Shown here one piece after another: positions 30,225-40,115 of a stretch of 64,000 bases of DNA. The position numbers and the translations under genes are program-made. A model generated the notes under the pieces. The model saw nothing but the letters and a program-made list of their open reading frames with translations, did no database searches and was not told where the DNA came from. Position 1 is the stretch's first letter, and each line of letters begins with the position of its first letter. The stretch spans positions 32,001 through 96,000 of the forward strand of contig CBDAQI010000001.1 of NCBI GenBank assembly GCA_965198945.1. The letters run 5' to 3'. This DNA is from Thermodesulfobacteriota bacterium. GTDB lineage: Bacteria > Desulfobacterota_D > UBA1144 > Nemesobacterales > Mycalebacteriaceae.

Positions 30225-31595
30225 TCACATTTTATAAATTAGCATGAAACCATTGAATTGAACTGCTTCAGATACTGACTCATTTACTTCCGTATCTTTA
30301 TCATAGTAGTTAAACTGATGGTATGGTGATTCCAAATCAGTTTTCATCCAATGAAGTTTTTTGTTGTCAGTTCCAATTTTTTCAAAGTAATTTTTGGCAT
30401 ATTGCGGAAGAACGGCGCCATCAGAGTGGATCATCAATGTTGGTTTTTTGAGGTCTGCGGCCGTTGACATAGGATCCGCCGTTAACCAATCTTCCCAGGA
30501 GATTACGGCAAATTCTTTATTACTCCACTCCGGTACTGCACCACGATCAGAGTTGAGATAATAGTCATAAGGACCGTACATTGCGGCAGAGGGATCTTCG
30601 GTAGAAATAGTCGGGATATATTGAACTAGACCGTTTTCAGCATAATCTCTTTTTGCTTTTTTGGCCGCACTCAATTTTTCATTTACTCCTTCTTCTCCGC
30701 CGTAAAAGAGTTTAACGGCTTCGGCGTCATGAAGCCAAGCGGCAACTGTAACAACCGATTGGATTCTATTATCTTCTGCGGTTGCCATAAGAGTATACAT
30801 CCCACCTGCGCAAACCCCGAAGGCTCCAATCCTTGAATCATCTACCTCAGATACGGTTTCTAAGAAAGAAACGGCATTTTTAATGTCTTCCTTTTTAAGA
30901 CTCGGACTCTCATAATATCTCGGTTCTCCTTCACTTTCCCCATAATTCCTGAAGTCGAAAGCTAGCGTAATGAAGCCTTCGTTGGCAAGTTTTTCTGCAT
31001 ATAAACCCGCCATTTGTTCTTTTACCGTAGTCCAACTGCCCGACACTACAATAGCGGGATATTTTCTTGACTTGTCAAAGTTAGGGGGAAAAAACATATT
31101 GCCTACAAGATTAGCGCCTTCGCTATTAAAATTGATTTTCTTCATTTGTATATGTTTATCCTCCATTTTTATTTTATTCAGCAAACCAAAACCACGTGCA
31201 GCCACTATGGGATTGAATATTTCAACATACTCGGTAATCAAACCCTGATCATTGAATTTGAAAGTTGAATAGTATTGATTCTCATATAGTCGTGCGCTAT
31301 TCTTTAACCTGATTTTACCTTTATATTTAACGTAAACAATATTAGGATCTTCCATGGCATAAATTTCTTCAATTGGGAACTCCATTCCATCAAAATTGGA
31401 AAAGACGGGCGCCCAATAATTTCGTATTTCCTCTCTGCCAACTGCGCCGCCGGAAAATATCCCCGATGCGTAAGGATTGATTTGTTCAGCATTATGGGCG
31501 AATAGAGATGCCAAAACCTCCACATTTTCACTTTCCAACGCCTTGAAAAACTTTTTGGCCGTTTCTTTATTTTTAATCGATTTGTCTTTATTCAT
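30225..31595 (-). CDS. SnoaL/NTF2-like domain fused to alpha/beta hydrolase
   Basis: N-terminal SnoaL (FF.ALE, Y.N.Y...F.F...G.I..Y.E.FNP); C-terminal GSWTTVKEQM, FDFR..GESEG, G.CAGG nucleophile elbow. Visibly AT-rich. Confidence 0.85.
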   Translation of the reverse strand: MNKDKSIKNKETAKKFFKALESENVEVLASLFAHNAEQINPYASGIFSGGAVGREEIRNYWAPVFSNFDGMEFPIEEIYAMEDPNIVYVKYKGKIRLKNSARLYENQYYSTFKFNDQGLITEYVEIFNPIVAARGFGLLNKIKMEDKHIQMKKINFNSEGANLVGNMFFPPNFDKSRKYPAIVVSGSWTTVKEQMAGLYAEKLANEGFITLAFDFRNYGESEGEPRYYESPSLKKEDIKNAVSFLETVSEVDDSRIGAFGVCAGGMYTLMATAEDNRIQSVVTVAAWLHDAEAVKLFYGGEEGVNEKLSAAKKAKRDYAENGLVQYIPTISTEDPSAAMYGPYDYYLNSDRGAVPEWSNKEFAVISWEDWLTADPMSTAADLKKPTLMIHSDGAVLPQYAKNYFEKIGTDNKKLHWMKTDLESPYHQFNYYDKDTEVNESVSEAVQFNGFMLIYKM

Positions 31596-31637
31596 ATGGA
31601 TTTCTATTTTAAAATTTTCTGATTCTTTTTGTCGCCT

Positions 31638-32105
31638 CTATTCTGAGTTGAGCAATCTCTTTATTGCCTTCTCCGATAGTAATGTATTTCCATGCTGATA
31701 TTTGAAATTAAATTTCATTGATGAAATTTTCCAATTATCCGAACCATCTTTTATCAAATCAAAGTCGTAAGTTCCGACCACTACCCATAGGCTGGCTTCA
31801 TTATCTTTTAAATGGTGACTTGCCGTTCCATAACACGACAAATATGCAGCATCCCCTCGGTAGGAGACCTGGAAATTACCTAATTGGTGGTGGGTGGCAT
31901 CAAAACCGGGAAGAATACCCTTCCATGAGGCGATAATTTGTTTGGCTGACATTTTAGCTGCTGGTCTACCATTCATGGATGAATAGTCTAAACTAACTTT
32001 TGAGTTAAACGACTTTTCTACAACATCCCAATCACGATTATCCGTGGCTACAAACATATTAATAACCACATCTTTGGGCGATTTCGTGTTCCGTGCATTA
32101 TTCAT
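31638..32105 (-). CDS. SnoaL-like / nuclear transport factor 2 family protein
   Basis: D.RDW, V.LDYSS..G.P, LPGFDATHH..GN, W.VVG.Y, WKI; AT-rich. Confidence 0.85.
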   Translation of the reverse strand: MNNARNTKSPKDVVINMFVATDNRDWDVVEKSFNSKVSLDYSSMNGRPAAKMSAKQIIASWKGILPGFDATHHQLGNFQVSYRGDAAYLSCYGTASHHLKDNEASLWVVVGTYDFDLIKDGSDNWKISSMKFNFKYQHGNTLLSEKAIKRLLNSE

Positions 32106-32240
32106 ATGAACTAAAAATCTGCAAATCCACTCTTTAAGCGACTGTTTTCTACTTTCAGATGTTTCAATAAATTGTTGAAAAATTCTCCGGGGTTTACGGG
32201 CTTTTTTTCCAAACTCAAATCACAGAGATTAACAACATTC

Positions 32241-32932
32241 TCACAACAACCCGTTTTCAACAAAGCTGTAGTGGTCGTTGGAACAGACACTTATATGGTC
32301 AACAAGCCGTATGTCAAGTGATTTGCAGATTCGGGCAAGTTCTTCGGTTATTTCTTTGTCGCTCTCAGACGGCTGAGGGTGGCCGCTCGGATGGTTGTGA
32401 ACGACAATGATTCCCGAGCATTTTTTCAGATCAATAGCCTTTTTCACCACATCTCTTATGTTCATACTGACGCTTCCGACCGAGCCTTCCGACACAACCT
32501 CGTGCTTGAGAAACTGGTTTTTTGTGTTGACAAAAACCAGAACCATAAACTCCCTGCTTTCCCTGCCTATTCTTGATTTGCAAAAATCTATCACCGACCG
32601 GGGGAAGTGAGGTAGTCTCCGGACTCAATTTTTGTCTCCATATAACGCCAGTTCATTTCTTTTATCAGGGTTATGAAAGCGGCCGTGATATCTCCTATGC
32701 CCGCAACTTTTGTCAACTCATCGGCGGGAGCGTCCATAACGGCTGACAATGAACCGAATCTGGCAAGCAGATTTTTTGCCGCCGGTTTCACATCCCCGCG
32801 CGGCACGGAATAAGTAAGGAGCAGTTCCAGAGCCTCGTAGTCGGCAAACGAGACAAGCCCCTCAGTGAGAAACCTGTTTCTGAGACGTTTTCTGTGACCC
32901 GCGTAGTGAGGAATTTCCCTTTCGCCGCTCAT
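32241..32932 (-). pseudogene. radC: RadC family JAB-domain protein, frameshifted
   Basis: GHRKRLR.RF, YEALELLL, HhH, then VHNHPSG.P.PS..D and LVDHI. The halves join if the C5 run (plus-strand G5 at 32600-32604) is C6: YLTSPRSVIDFC. Confidence 0.85.
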
Positions 32933-32992
32933 CGGGCGGTAGTTTAACTTCAGTGTGTGGAAAAAAAACTATTTTTCCGTAACACTTGTGAG

Positions 32993-33652
32993 ATGAGAGC
33001 GGTTCTTGTCCCCATAAAAAGATTTTCAGACGCAAACGAGAGGCTTTGCAAGGTGCTTTCTCCGGCCGAGCGCAAGGGGCTCGCGCGCGTGATGCTTGAG
33101 GATGTTTTGTCAAACATATCTCTTTGCAAACGGGCGGACGCGGTCTTCCTCGTAACCGCGGAAGAGGAGGCAATGCAAATGGGAAGCCGTCTGGGAATGG
33201 AGATAATCACCGAAGAAGCGCAGCAAAGCGAGAGCTCATCCGTTGATTTTGCGATGAAAAAGTGCCGCGAAACGGGAGCGGAATCGCTGCTTGTGGTTCC
33301 GGGAGACATACCGGGCGCGCGGGCCCGGGAGTTTGACGCCGTGATTGAAAAGGACGACGGCGGAAAGCGTGTGGTGATAGTTCCTTCCCGCGACGGGACG
33401 GGAACAAACGCTCTCATGATGAGGCCCGTGGGAGTTATTTCTCCCAGTTTCGGTGAAAACAGTTTTTTCAGGCATAAGGATATGGCGCTCGGACTCGGAC
33501 TCGGTTTTTCCTCGCTCACGCTCTCCGGGATAGGTCTTGACATAGACGGCCCGCAAGATTTGGAAATTTTTATGAGCACGGGCGCCGGCACAAAAACCCA
33601 CGAATATCTGGGTCGCCTCGGAATGGAGAACAAAACCGGGAAAACGGCCTGA
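32993..33652 (+). CDS. cofC: 2-phospho-L-lactate/PEP guanylyltransferase (coenzyme F420 pathway)
   Basis: VPIK......RL..VLS..ER..LA..ML.DV, PGDIP, DGTGTNAL, FGE.SF..H, DID.P.DL. Confidence 0.88.
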   Translation: MRAVLVPIKRFSDANERLCKVLSPAERKGLARVMLEDVLSNISLCKRADAVFLVTAEEEAMQMGSRLGMEIITEEAQQSESSSVDFAMKKCRETGAESLLVVPGDIPGARAREFDAVIEKDDGGKRVVIVPSRDGTGTNALMMRPVGVISPSFGENSFFRHKDMALGLGLGFSSLTLSGIGLDIDGPQDLEIFMSTGAGTKTHEYLGRLGMENKTGKTA

Positions 33653-33654
33653 TT

Positions 33655-34539
33655 ATGGGATTTGAGCTGAACTTTCTCGGTCTTGAAGGCCCGGATGCGG
33701 ACTTTGAAAAATCCAAAGTCGTAATCCTCCCCGTTCCATATGAAAGAACTGTGTCTTTCCGCGGAGGCTGCTCGCGGGGGCCGGGAGCAATACTGGAAGC
33801 GTCGCGTGCGATTGAGCTTTACGATGACGAACTGCTCTGCTGTCCGTCAGACTCCGGCATACACACCCACGGTGAGCTTGAGTGTGAAATCAATCCCGGG
33901 GAAATGGTCAAAAGTGTCAAAGAGACCTGCCGGGGGCTGGCAAAAAAGGGGAAATTTGTCATCACTGTCGGAGGAGAACACTCGGTCACGGCCGGAGCAT
34001 TTGCCGCGCAAAAGGAGATTCATTCTAAACTGTCCGTTCTTTCAATAGATGCGCACTGCGACCTAAGAGACAGTTATCAAGGCTCAAGATTCAGTCACGC
34101 CTGCGTGATGAGAAGGGTTCTTGAAACTGGAGCTGCGGTGGTGGTGGCCGGCGTGAGAAGTATGTCCGCCGAAGAGGCTGAGTTTGCACGGACTAGCAAA
34201 GACCTGTTCATTTTCAGGGCAGACGATATCGCAGGGCTCAAAAGCCGGAAAGACATGGCCCGCATTGTGGAAAAACTCGGCCAAAAAGTCTATTTGAGCA
34301 TTGATGTTGACGGCCTTGACCCCTCAATCATGCCATCGGTGGGAACACCTGAGCCGGGAGGACTGGGCTGGCCGGAAACCACCGCCCTGATACGGGAGGT
34401 TTTCGGCATGCGCAATGTGGTCGGGATGGATATTGTGGAACTTTCACCGATACCGGGAATCTGCGCTCCCGATTTTACCGCGGCAAAACTCATCTACAAA
34501 GCCATAGGATACAAATTCCGCTCCCCGTCAAAACCTTGA
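33655..34539 (+). CDS. speB: agmatinase
   Basis: PVPYE.T.S, GGEHS, DAHCDLR, SIDVD.LDP, GTPEPGG. Confidence 0.92.
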   Translation: MGFELNFLGLEGPDADFEKSKVVILPVPYERTVSFRGGCSRGPGAILEASRAIELYDDELLCCPSDSGIHTHGELECEINPGEMVKSVKETCRGLAKKGKFVITVGGEHSVTAGAFAAQKEIHSKLSVLSIDAHCDLRDSYQGSRFSHACVMRRVLETGAAVVVAGVRSMSAEEAEFARTSKDLFIFRADDIAGLKSRKDMARIVEKLGQKVYLSIDVDGLDPSIMPSVGTPEPGGLGWPETTALIREVFGMRNVVGMDIVELSPIPGICAPDFTAAKLIYKAIGYKFRSPSKP

Positions 34540-34589
34540 TAAAACTCAGGCTGGTGTGGTAGAATCCGCCTTCACAGCAAGAGCAATCG

Positions 34590-34661
34590 GGCGGCGTAGC
34601 TCAGAGGCAGAGCAGGGCTCTCATAAGGCCCCCGTCGGAGGTTCGAGTCCTCCCGCCGCCA
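34590..34661 (+). tRNA. tRNA with CAT anticodon, probably elongator tRNA-Met
   Basis: GGCGGCGTAGCTCAG...GGGCT-CTCATAA-GGCCC...GGTTCGAGTCC...CGCCGCCA; G1-C72 paired; CCA not encoded. Confidence 0.9.
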
Positions 34662-34671
34662 GAAACAGAGG

Positions 34672-35073
34672 TTACTCTTCCTTTTCAAAACTCAGAGAAG
34701 CGGAGTTTATGCAATACCTCATCCCTGTCGTCTCAGAGGGGCCGTCGGGAAAAACATGACCAAGATGGGCATCGCATTTTGAACACAATACCTCCGTTCT
34801 GCTCATTCCCGCAGAGTCGTCACTTTCAGTTTTAACGTTGCTGCCGCCGGCCGGGCTGTCAAAGCTGGGCCACCCGGTTCCGGAATTAAACTTTGCCTCG
34901 GAACTGAAAAGATTCTGACCGCAGCAGACGCAGACATACATCCCTTTTTCCTTATGGTCGTTGAACTTACCGGTAAATGGTCTCTCCGTTCCCTTCTTGC
35001 GGGTCACGGCGAACTGCTCTTCGGTCAGTTCGGCTTTCCATTCTTTTTCAGTTTTTTTTATCTTGCCGGACAT
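34672..35073 (-). CDS. msrB: peptide methionine-(R)-sulfoxide reductase
   Basis: [34 protein letters not shown]. Confidence 0.96.
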   Translation of the reverse strand: MSGKIKKTEKEWKAELTEEQFAVTRKKGTERPFTGKFNDHKEKGMYVCVCCGQNLFSSEAKFNSGTGWPSFDSPAGGSNVKTESDDSAGMSRTEVLCSKCDAHLGHVFPDGPSETTGMRYCINSASLSFEKEE

Positions 35074-35125
35074 GGTAACAAACTAACAAATTCAAAAATC
35101 ATGTCAAAACCGTTTGAATCCGTCT

Positions 35126-35968
35126 CTATTTACTGAAAAGCGCTTTGCCGGAGCGCCCGCGCTCAAGGATTTTCGTGAGTTTTTCCGTATCGCGGGATTT
35201 GACGGCGGCGGCGGTTTCGGCAACGGACTCTGAAAAGCTCTCCAGCGCTTCAAGAACCGGACTTGAGTTCCGGATGAGTATTTCCGCCCACATCGCGGGG
35301 TCGCTCATGGCTATTCTCGTCGTATCTCTGAGCCCGCCGCCTGAAAGAGACAGAGCGTCGGCGCTGCCCGAACAAGCGGATGCGGCAACTGAAGCAAGCG
35401 AATAGGCGCAGACATGAGGCAAATGGCTTATAAATGCAAACACGCGGTCGTGTTCTTCGGGGGACATTCCGAAGATGTTCGCGCCCGTTTTTCTCCACAT
35501 ATCTTTAACCTTGCCTGAAGATTTGTCGTCTCCGCCGGTTATTATCAGGGGGTTTCCGTCAAATATGCCCGTCTTATAGCTTCGGGCGCCGTGCTTTTCA
35601 TCTCCCGCAATCGGATGTGCGGGAACAAAACCGACTCCCTCGGGCAGAATCCGGCTCATCAGCTCGCAAACCGGAACCTTAACACTTGCCACATCCGTCA
35701 CAACAACTCCCGGGCGCGCAACCGCAAAAAAAGCGCGCGCAACCGCCTCCATGGAGCCAACCGGGACGGCAAGCACACAGACGTCCACACCGGAGCGAAC
35801 ACCGGACGGATCGTTCAGTCCTATGTCAATGAGACCTTTTGAAATACAGTTGGCAACCGAATCAGGGTTGCTGTCAACGCCGGTAATCTCAGACGCGATT
35901 CCCCTCTCCTTCAAATCAGCGCAAAGAGACGCGCCTATCTTGCCGAGCCCTATGACCGCAACTTTCAT
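35126..35968 (-). CDS. tyrA: prephenate/arogenate dehydrogenase
   Basis: GLGKIG.S, TDVASVK, HPIAG.E, HD...A.ISHLPH, RDTTRIA. Confidence 0.93.
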   Translation of the reverse strand: MKVAVIGLGKIGASLCADLKERGIASEITGVDSNPDSVANCISKGLIDIGLNDPSGVRSGVDVCVLAVPVGSMEAVARAFFAVARPGVVVTDVASVKVPVCELMSRILPEGVGFVPAHPIAGDEKHGARSYKTGIFDGNPLIITGGDDKSSGKVKDMWRKTGANIFGMSPEEHDRVFAFISHLPHVCAYSLASVAASACSGSADALSLSGGGLRDTTRIAMSDPAMWAEILIRNSSPVLEALESFSESVAETAAAVKSRDTEKLTKILERGRSGKALFSK

Positions 35969-37053
35969 GTTTTTCTCACCTTCTCAAGAGCCCGGATAAA
36001 CGCCCTGTTCTGCCGTTCATCGCCGACAGTAACTCTTATGTGGTTGTCAAGCCCGTAAGCGGAGACCGGGCGGACTATAACGCCTTCACGCAGGAGCAGC
36101 TCGTAGACACGGGAGGAGTTCTCTCCCAAATCTGCGAGGACAAAGTTCGCCCTCGAGTCCGTGCGCGTTATTCCCATGGAGTCAAGCCGGGATGAAATAT
36201 ATTCAACACCCTCAAGGTTCGCTTTGCGCGAAAGAGCACAGTGGCGCGAGTCCTCAAGAGCCGCGGCCGCGGCCTTCTGGGCAAGAGAGTTCACATTAAA
36301 AGGCTCCCTCGCACGGTTCAAAAGAGCCGCCACTTCTTCGGAAGCAACCGCATATCCTATCCTTGTTCCGGCAAGTCCGTAGATTTTTGAAAACGTTCTG
36401 ACGGTTATAAGCCCCGGCCTTGATGATTGGTAGTCAAGCGTGTCCGGGTAAAGAGGGTCATCCACATACTCAAAATAGGCTTCGTCAACAACAATGACAA
36501 CGTCTTCGGGAACTTTGCCGAGAAAGTCCTCAAACTGGCTCCGGGAAAATATCGTGCCGGTCGGGTTGTTGGGATTGGCAAGGAAAATCACCCTTGTTTT
36601 TGAAGTGATGCGCCGGGCAAAATCTTCAAGGTCATGCCTCAAAAGCGGCATTGGCGAAACAACACCGGCGGCCCCCGCGCCCGCAGTGACGATTGGATAA
36701 ACTACAAAACCGTGAGCGCCGTAGAGAGCCTCATCACCGGGACCGAGAAAAACCTTCGCAACAAGATCAAGTATCTCATTGGAGCCGTTGCCCACAACAA
36801 TTCTCTCAGGAGTCGTGCCGAGCCGCGCCGACAGACTCTCCTTTAGCTCGCGTGAATCACCATCGGGATAAAGGTGTGCCCATCCGCAGAAAGATTCAAT
36901 GGCGCGAAGGGCGAGCGGAGAGGGGCCGAACGGGTTTTCGTTTGACGCCATTTTGACCGCGTCTTTTATTCCGAGCTCTCTTTCTATCTGCTCGGAGGTC
37001 TTTCCCGGAACGTAAACGGGCAGTCTTTTTATTTTTTCTTTGGGACGGATCAC
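35965..37053 (-). CDS. hisC: histidinol-phosphate aminotransferase (start GTG 37053 or ATG 37080)
   Basis: YVPGK, SNENPFG, YPD, NPNNPTG, DEAY, RTFSKIYGLAG.RIGY. Confidence 0.93.
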   Translation of the reverse strand: MIRPKEKIKRLPVYVPGKTSEQIERELGIKDAVKMASNENPFGPSPLALRAIESFCGWAHLYPDGDSRELKESLSARLGTTPERIVVGNGSNEILDLVAKVFLGPGDEALYGAHGFVVYPIVTAGAGAAGVVSPMPLLRHDLEDFARRITSKTRVIFLANPNNPTGTIFSRSQFEDFLGKVPEDVVIVVDEAYFEYVDDPLYPDTLDYQSSRPGLITVRTFSKIYGLAGTRIGYAVASEEVAALLNRAREPFNVNSLAQKAAAAALEDSRHCALSRKANLEGVEYISSRLDSMGITRTDSRANFVLADLGENSSRVYELLLREGVIVRPVSAYGLDNHIRVTVGDERQNRAFIRALEKVRKT

Positions 37054-37057
37054 TTGA

Positions 37058-38182
37058 TTATGGAGTCCGTTCCCTTTCATTTCCCGAAAAGTAACAGCCG
37101 AGCACCTTGAATGACGAACTTCCGGCCTCAATTTTCTCAATAAGCGCATCTGTTTCAGGCTGTCCCATGCTGCCCTCAAAATCAACAAAAAACATGTATT
37201 CCCAGGGTTTTTTACCAGAGGGTCTGGATTCTATCCTCGTCAGGTTGACCCCTGCTGAGGCAAGGGGGGAAAAAAACGTTTTATGCAGGGAGCCGGGCTC
37301 ATCCTTGATGCAGAAAACCAAGGAAACTTTGTTTCCGTATCCCTTTTCCATGGGCACGGAGGACTTTTCCACGGTTACGAAGCGTGTTGAATTGATGGGG
37401 TTGTCTTCAATGTTCCCCGCAACCACGCGCAGTTTGTATATTGATGCGGAAAAGGCACTTGAGATGGCGGCCACCGTACTGTCTTCAGCCGCCATGGCGG
37501 CGGCGGCGGCCGTACTTGAGGTCTCAACCAGACCGACAGACGGCAATTCAGAGGAAAGCCATTTTCTGCACTGCCCCAGCGCCTGCGGGTGTGAGGCAAC
37601 TTTTTTTATGTTTTGCAGTTCCGAGGCATTTGACAAAAGAAAGTGGCTTATGCCCTCAAAATGCTCGGCTGTTATCCGCAAATCATTCCCGGCTATGATT
37701 TCAAGCACTCCGCCCACCGGGCCTTCGGTTGAATTCTCAATGGGAACAACGCCCTTTGAGACCGAATCCGTAAGGATGCTTTCAAAAACATCCTCAAGTG
37801 TTTTCCGTGGAACAAGAGCGGAATTCGGCTCTGACATATTTGAGGCGGCAAGATGCGAAAAACTGCCCTCGGGACCGAGATAGGAAACTCTGCCGACAGA
37901 CTGCAGCGCTCTGCATGAGCGTATCACTTCTCTGAAGATTGAAACGGCGTCGGCGTCTGTAAGCGGCCCCCTGTTCAAACGGACTATCTTCCTCTCCACC
38001 TCCCTTTCCCTTTCCGGGTCGTAAACACCCTTTGAAATTTCCCTTTTCGCCTCCATAACCTTGAAAGCAAGTGAAGCCCTTTTGTTTATTGACTCAAGGA
38101 TTTCACGGTCAATTAAATCAATCTCTCCCCTCAGATTTGAGAGAGCGGGCGAACCTTTTTTGTGTGAAGTTTTTACGGGCAT
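37058..38182 (-). CDS. pheA: chorismate mutase / prephenate dehydratase (P-protein)
   Basis: LR.EID.ID, YLGPEGSFS, PIENSTEG, SHPQAL.QC, TRF, TRIESRPS. Confidence 0.95.
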   Translation of the reverse strand: MPVKTSHKKGSPALSNLRGEIDLIDREILESINKRASLAFKVMEAKREISKGVYDPEREREVERKIVRLNRGPLTDADAVSIFREVIRSCRALQSVGRVSYLGPEGSFSHLAASNMSEPNSALVPRKTLEDVFESILTDSVSKGVVPIENSTEGPVGGVLEIIAGNDLRITAEHFEGISHFLLSNASELQNIKKVASHPQALGQCRKWLSSELPSVGLVETSSTAAAAAMAAEDSTVAAISSAFSASIYKLRVVAGNIEDNPINSTRFVTVEKSSVPMEKGYGNKVSLVFCIKDEPGSLHKTFFSPLASAGVNLTRIESRPSGKKPWEYMFFVDFEGSMGQPETDALIEKIEAGSSSFKVLGCYFSGNERERTP

Positions 38183-38239
38183 TTTTTTATTAAACTTTCA
38201 GAATAAGGTTTTCTCTTATAAATAAGCGGTTTTCCAAAG

Positions 38240-39007
38240 TCAAATCGGGGTTCTGAAAATAGTCAGCGATTTCACCTCTCTGGCCCCGGCGTGAACCAGC
38301 ATCGCGGAGCATTCCTCAATGGTTGATCCGGTTGTGAAAATATCGTCAAAAAGCATAACCCTTCTGTTCCTGATTTTTTCCGCCTCAGAGCGTCTCACAG
38401 AAAAAGCGGCGCGCACATTGGCTCTCCTTTCCTTATGACTGCTGATTGAAGCCTGGGGAGGGTTGTCTTTTACCCTTTTTAACACAAAAGGCGCGTGTTT
38501 TTTACCAAAGTGGAGAGCCACCCGCGAAGAGACAAGGGCGGACTGATTGAACTCTCTTTCTCTCAGTCTTCTCAAATGAAGCGGGACGGGGACGACTGTT
38601 TGAAAATCTCCGAAATCTTCCGGAAAAGAATCAACCGTAAGAGATGAGAGAAACGCCGCCGTGGAAAAAGCTCCTCGATACTTGAAATCTCTTGCGCAGG
38701 CGGCCGCGGAGCCGGAGAAAAACAGAACGGAGCGAGCTATGGAAAAACTTCTCTTTTCCACCGAGCAGGGGCCGCAGAGAGAACCTTTTTTCCCTGCAAC
38801 GGTGTTGCCGCACACATAGCAGACATTTTGAGAAGAAAGAAAAATAAAATCAGCTTCACATTTGGCGCAAACTTTTGATTTAAGGGAAGATTTGCGCTTC
38901 GCCAAACCGTCGGAACCGCATATAAAACATACGCCGGGAAAAACCGAAGAGAGAATAAAATCAACTGACTTCCCCGTAAAACCCCGAAAGCCGCTTTTGC
39001 TAAACAA
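38240..39007 (-). CDS. comF: ComF family (double zinc ribbon + PRTase-like)
   Basis: Four CxxC pairs, PVPLH..R...R.FNQ, DDIFTTGST. Confidence 0.88.
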   Translation of the reverse strand: MFSKSGFRGFTGKSVDFILSSVFPGVCFICGSDGLAKRKSSLKSKVCAKCEADFIFLSSQNVCYVCGNTVAGKKGSLCGPCSVEKRSFSIARSVLFFSGSAAACARDFKYRGAFSTAAFLSSLTVDSFPEDFGDFQTVVPVPLHLRRLREREFNQSALVSSRVALHFGKKHAPFVLKRVKDNPPQASISSHKERRANVRAAFSVRRSEAEKIRNRRVMLFDDIFTTGSTIEECSAMLVHAGAREVKSLTIFRTPI

Positions 39008-40115
39008 CAGGCATCAGTATACAGACGAAATCGTCTGAGCCCGAAAGGGTGATAACGGCAGGTGAACTGCCGTCACCGGGGCGGATCTCAATCTCATCCC
39101 CGTCAAGAAGGTTCAGTGAATCGGCTATAAAACGGGGATTAAAAGAAGCCTTCTTCTCTTCGCCTGAGTAAGTGACCGAAACCGATTCGGTGGCTTCCCC
39201 CTCATCGGTCTCACCGCTTGAAAAAGAAAGAGAGGAAGAAGTCAAATGAAGACCTATTTTTTCAGAAAAAATACTCACCCTTCTCACAGCCCCTAAAATG
39301 CGGTTTTTATCACAGACGGCCGGTTCCTGAGAAGAGATGTCAGGTATGACCCTTGAGTATTCCGGGAAATCGGAGTCAATAAGACTTGAAATAACAGTTG
39401 TTTCCCCGAGAGTGAAAAACACCTTTCCGTCCTGCAGATGGAAACCGGCTTTGTCTTCAGAGTCTTTCTCGGAAGCTTTCAAGACTTTCGCAATCTCGGC
39501 GAGAGCCCTTTTTGATATCACGGCCTTATCAAAAGCTCCAGTGCTGTCAACTTCGTTTTGGTAATAGGCGAGTCTGTGAGTGTCAGTGGAAACAAGCCTG
39601 ACTTTCCCGCCTTCCAGCATCTCAAAAAGAACCCCGTTAATGTTCCGCCTCATGGTGTCTTCCGAAGCAAAATTCAAGATTGATGGGAGTATGTACGATA
39701 TAAAGGGCACGGGAATTGAAAACCCCGTCTTATCTGAAGATAAAGAGGGAATTTTGGGAAAATCCTTGCCGGAAAGACAGGGAAGCCTGAAAAGAGCCGA
39801 AGAAGTTTTTATCTCCATCCAGTTGTTTTTATGGACATTTATCAAAACTTCGTCTTGCTCCATCCTCCTTAATATTTCCACAAACTTACGGCCCGGCACC
39901 AGAAGGTCAAAATCAGCCTCACCGCCTTCTCCGGGCTCAAAGAAACTAACAATCGTTGATTCTATGTCCGTTGCGGCAATAAAGAGCTCTTTCCTTCTTT
40001 TTGAACTTCTGAGAAGTATGTTGCGCAGTATCTCGTTCGGAGATGCGGTTTCAGTAAGTCCTATAACAAGGGATGATTTTTCCAGAAGCGCCTGCCTCTT
40101 GAATTTTACTTCCAA
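39000..40115 (-). CDS. dnaN: DNA polymerase III beta sliding clamp
   Basis: ATD.E, STDTHRL, FPEY.RVIP, FNPRF..D, ILMP; downstream of dnaA. Confidence 0.93.
   Translation of the reverse strand: MEVKFKRQALLEKSSLVIGLTETASPNEILRNILLRSSKRRKELFIAATDIESTIVSFFEPGEGGEADFDLLVPGRKFVEILRRMEQDEVLINVHKNNWMEIKTSSALFRLPCLSGKDFPKIPSLSSDKTGFSIPVPFISYILPSILNFASEDTMRRNINGVLFEMLEGGKVRLVSTDTHRLAYYQNEVDSTGAFDKAVISKRALAEIAKVLKASEKDSEDKAGFHLQDGKVFFTLGETTVISSLIDSDFPEYSRVIPDISSQEPAVCDKNRILGAVRRVSIFSEKIGLHLTSSSLSFSSGETDEGEATESVSVTYSGEEKKASFNPRFIADSLNLLDGDEIEIRPGDGSSPAVITLSGSDDFVCILMPVV

Noticed and set aside
29960..30247. 95-aa plus-strand ORF, and a 26-aa ORF after AAGGAGG, in the AT-rich spacer
   Set aside because: No recognisable motifs and SD spacing too long; likely degraded island DNA.
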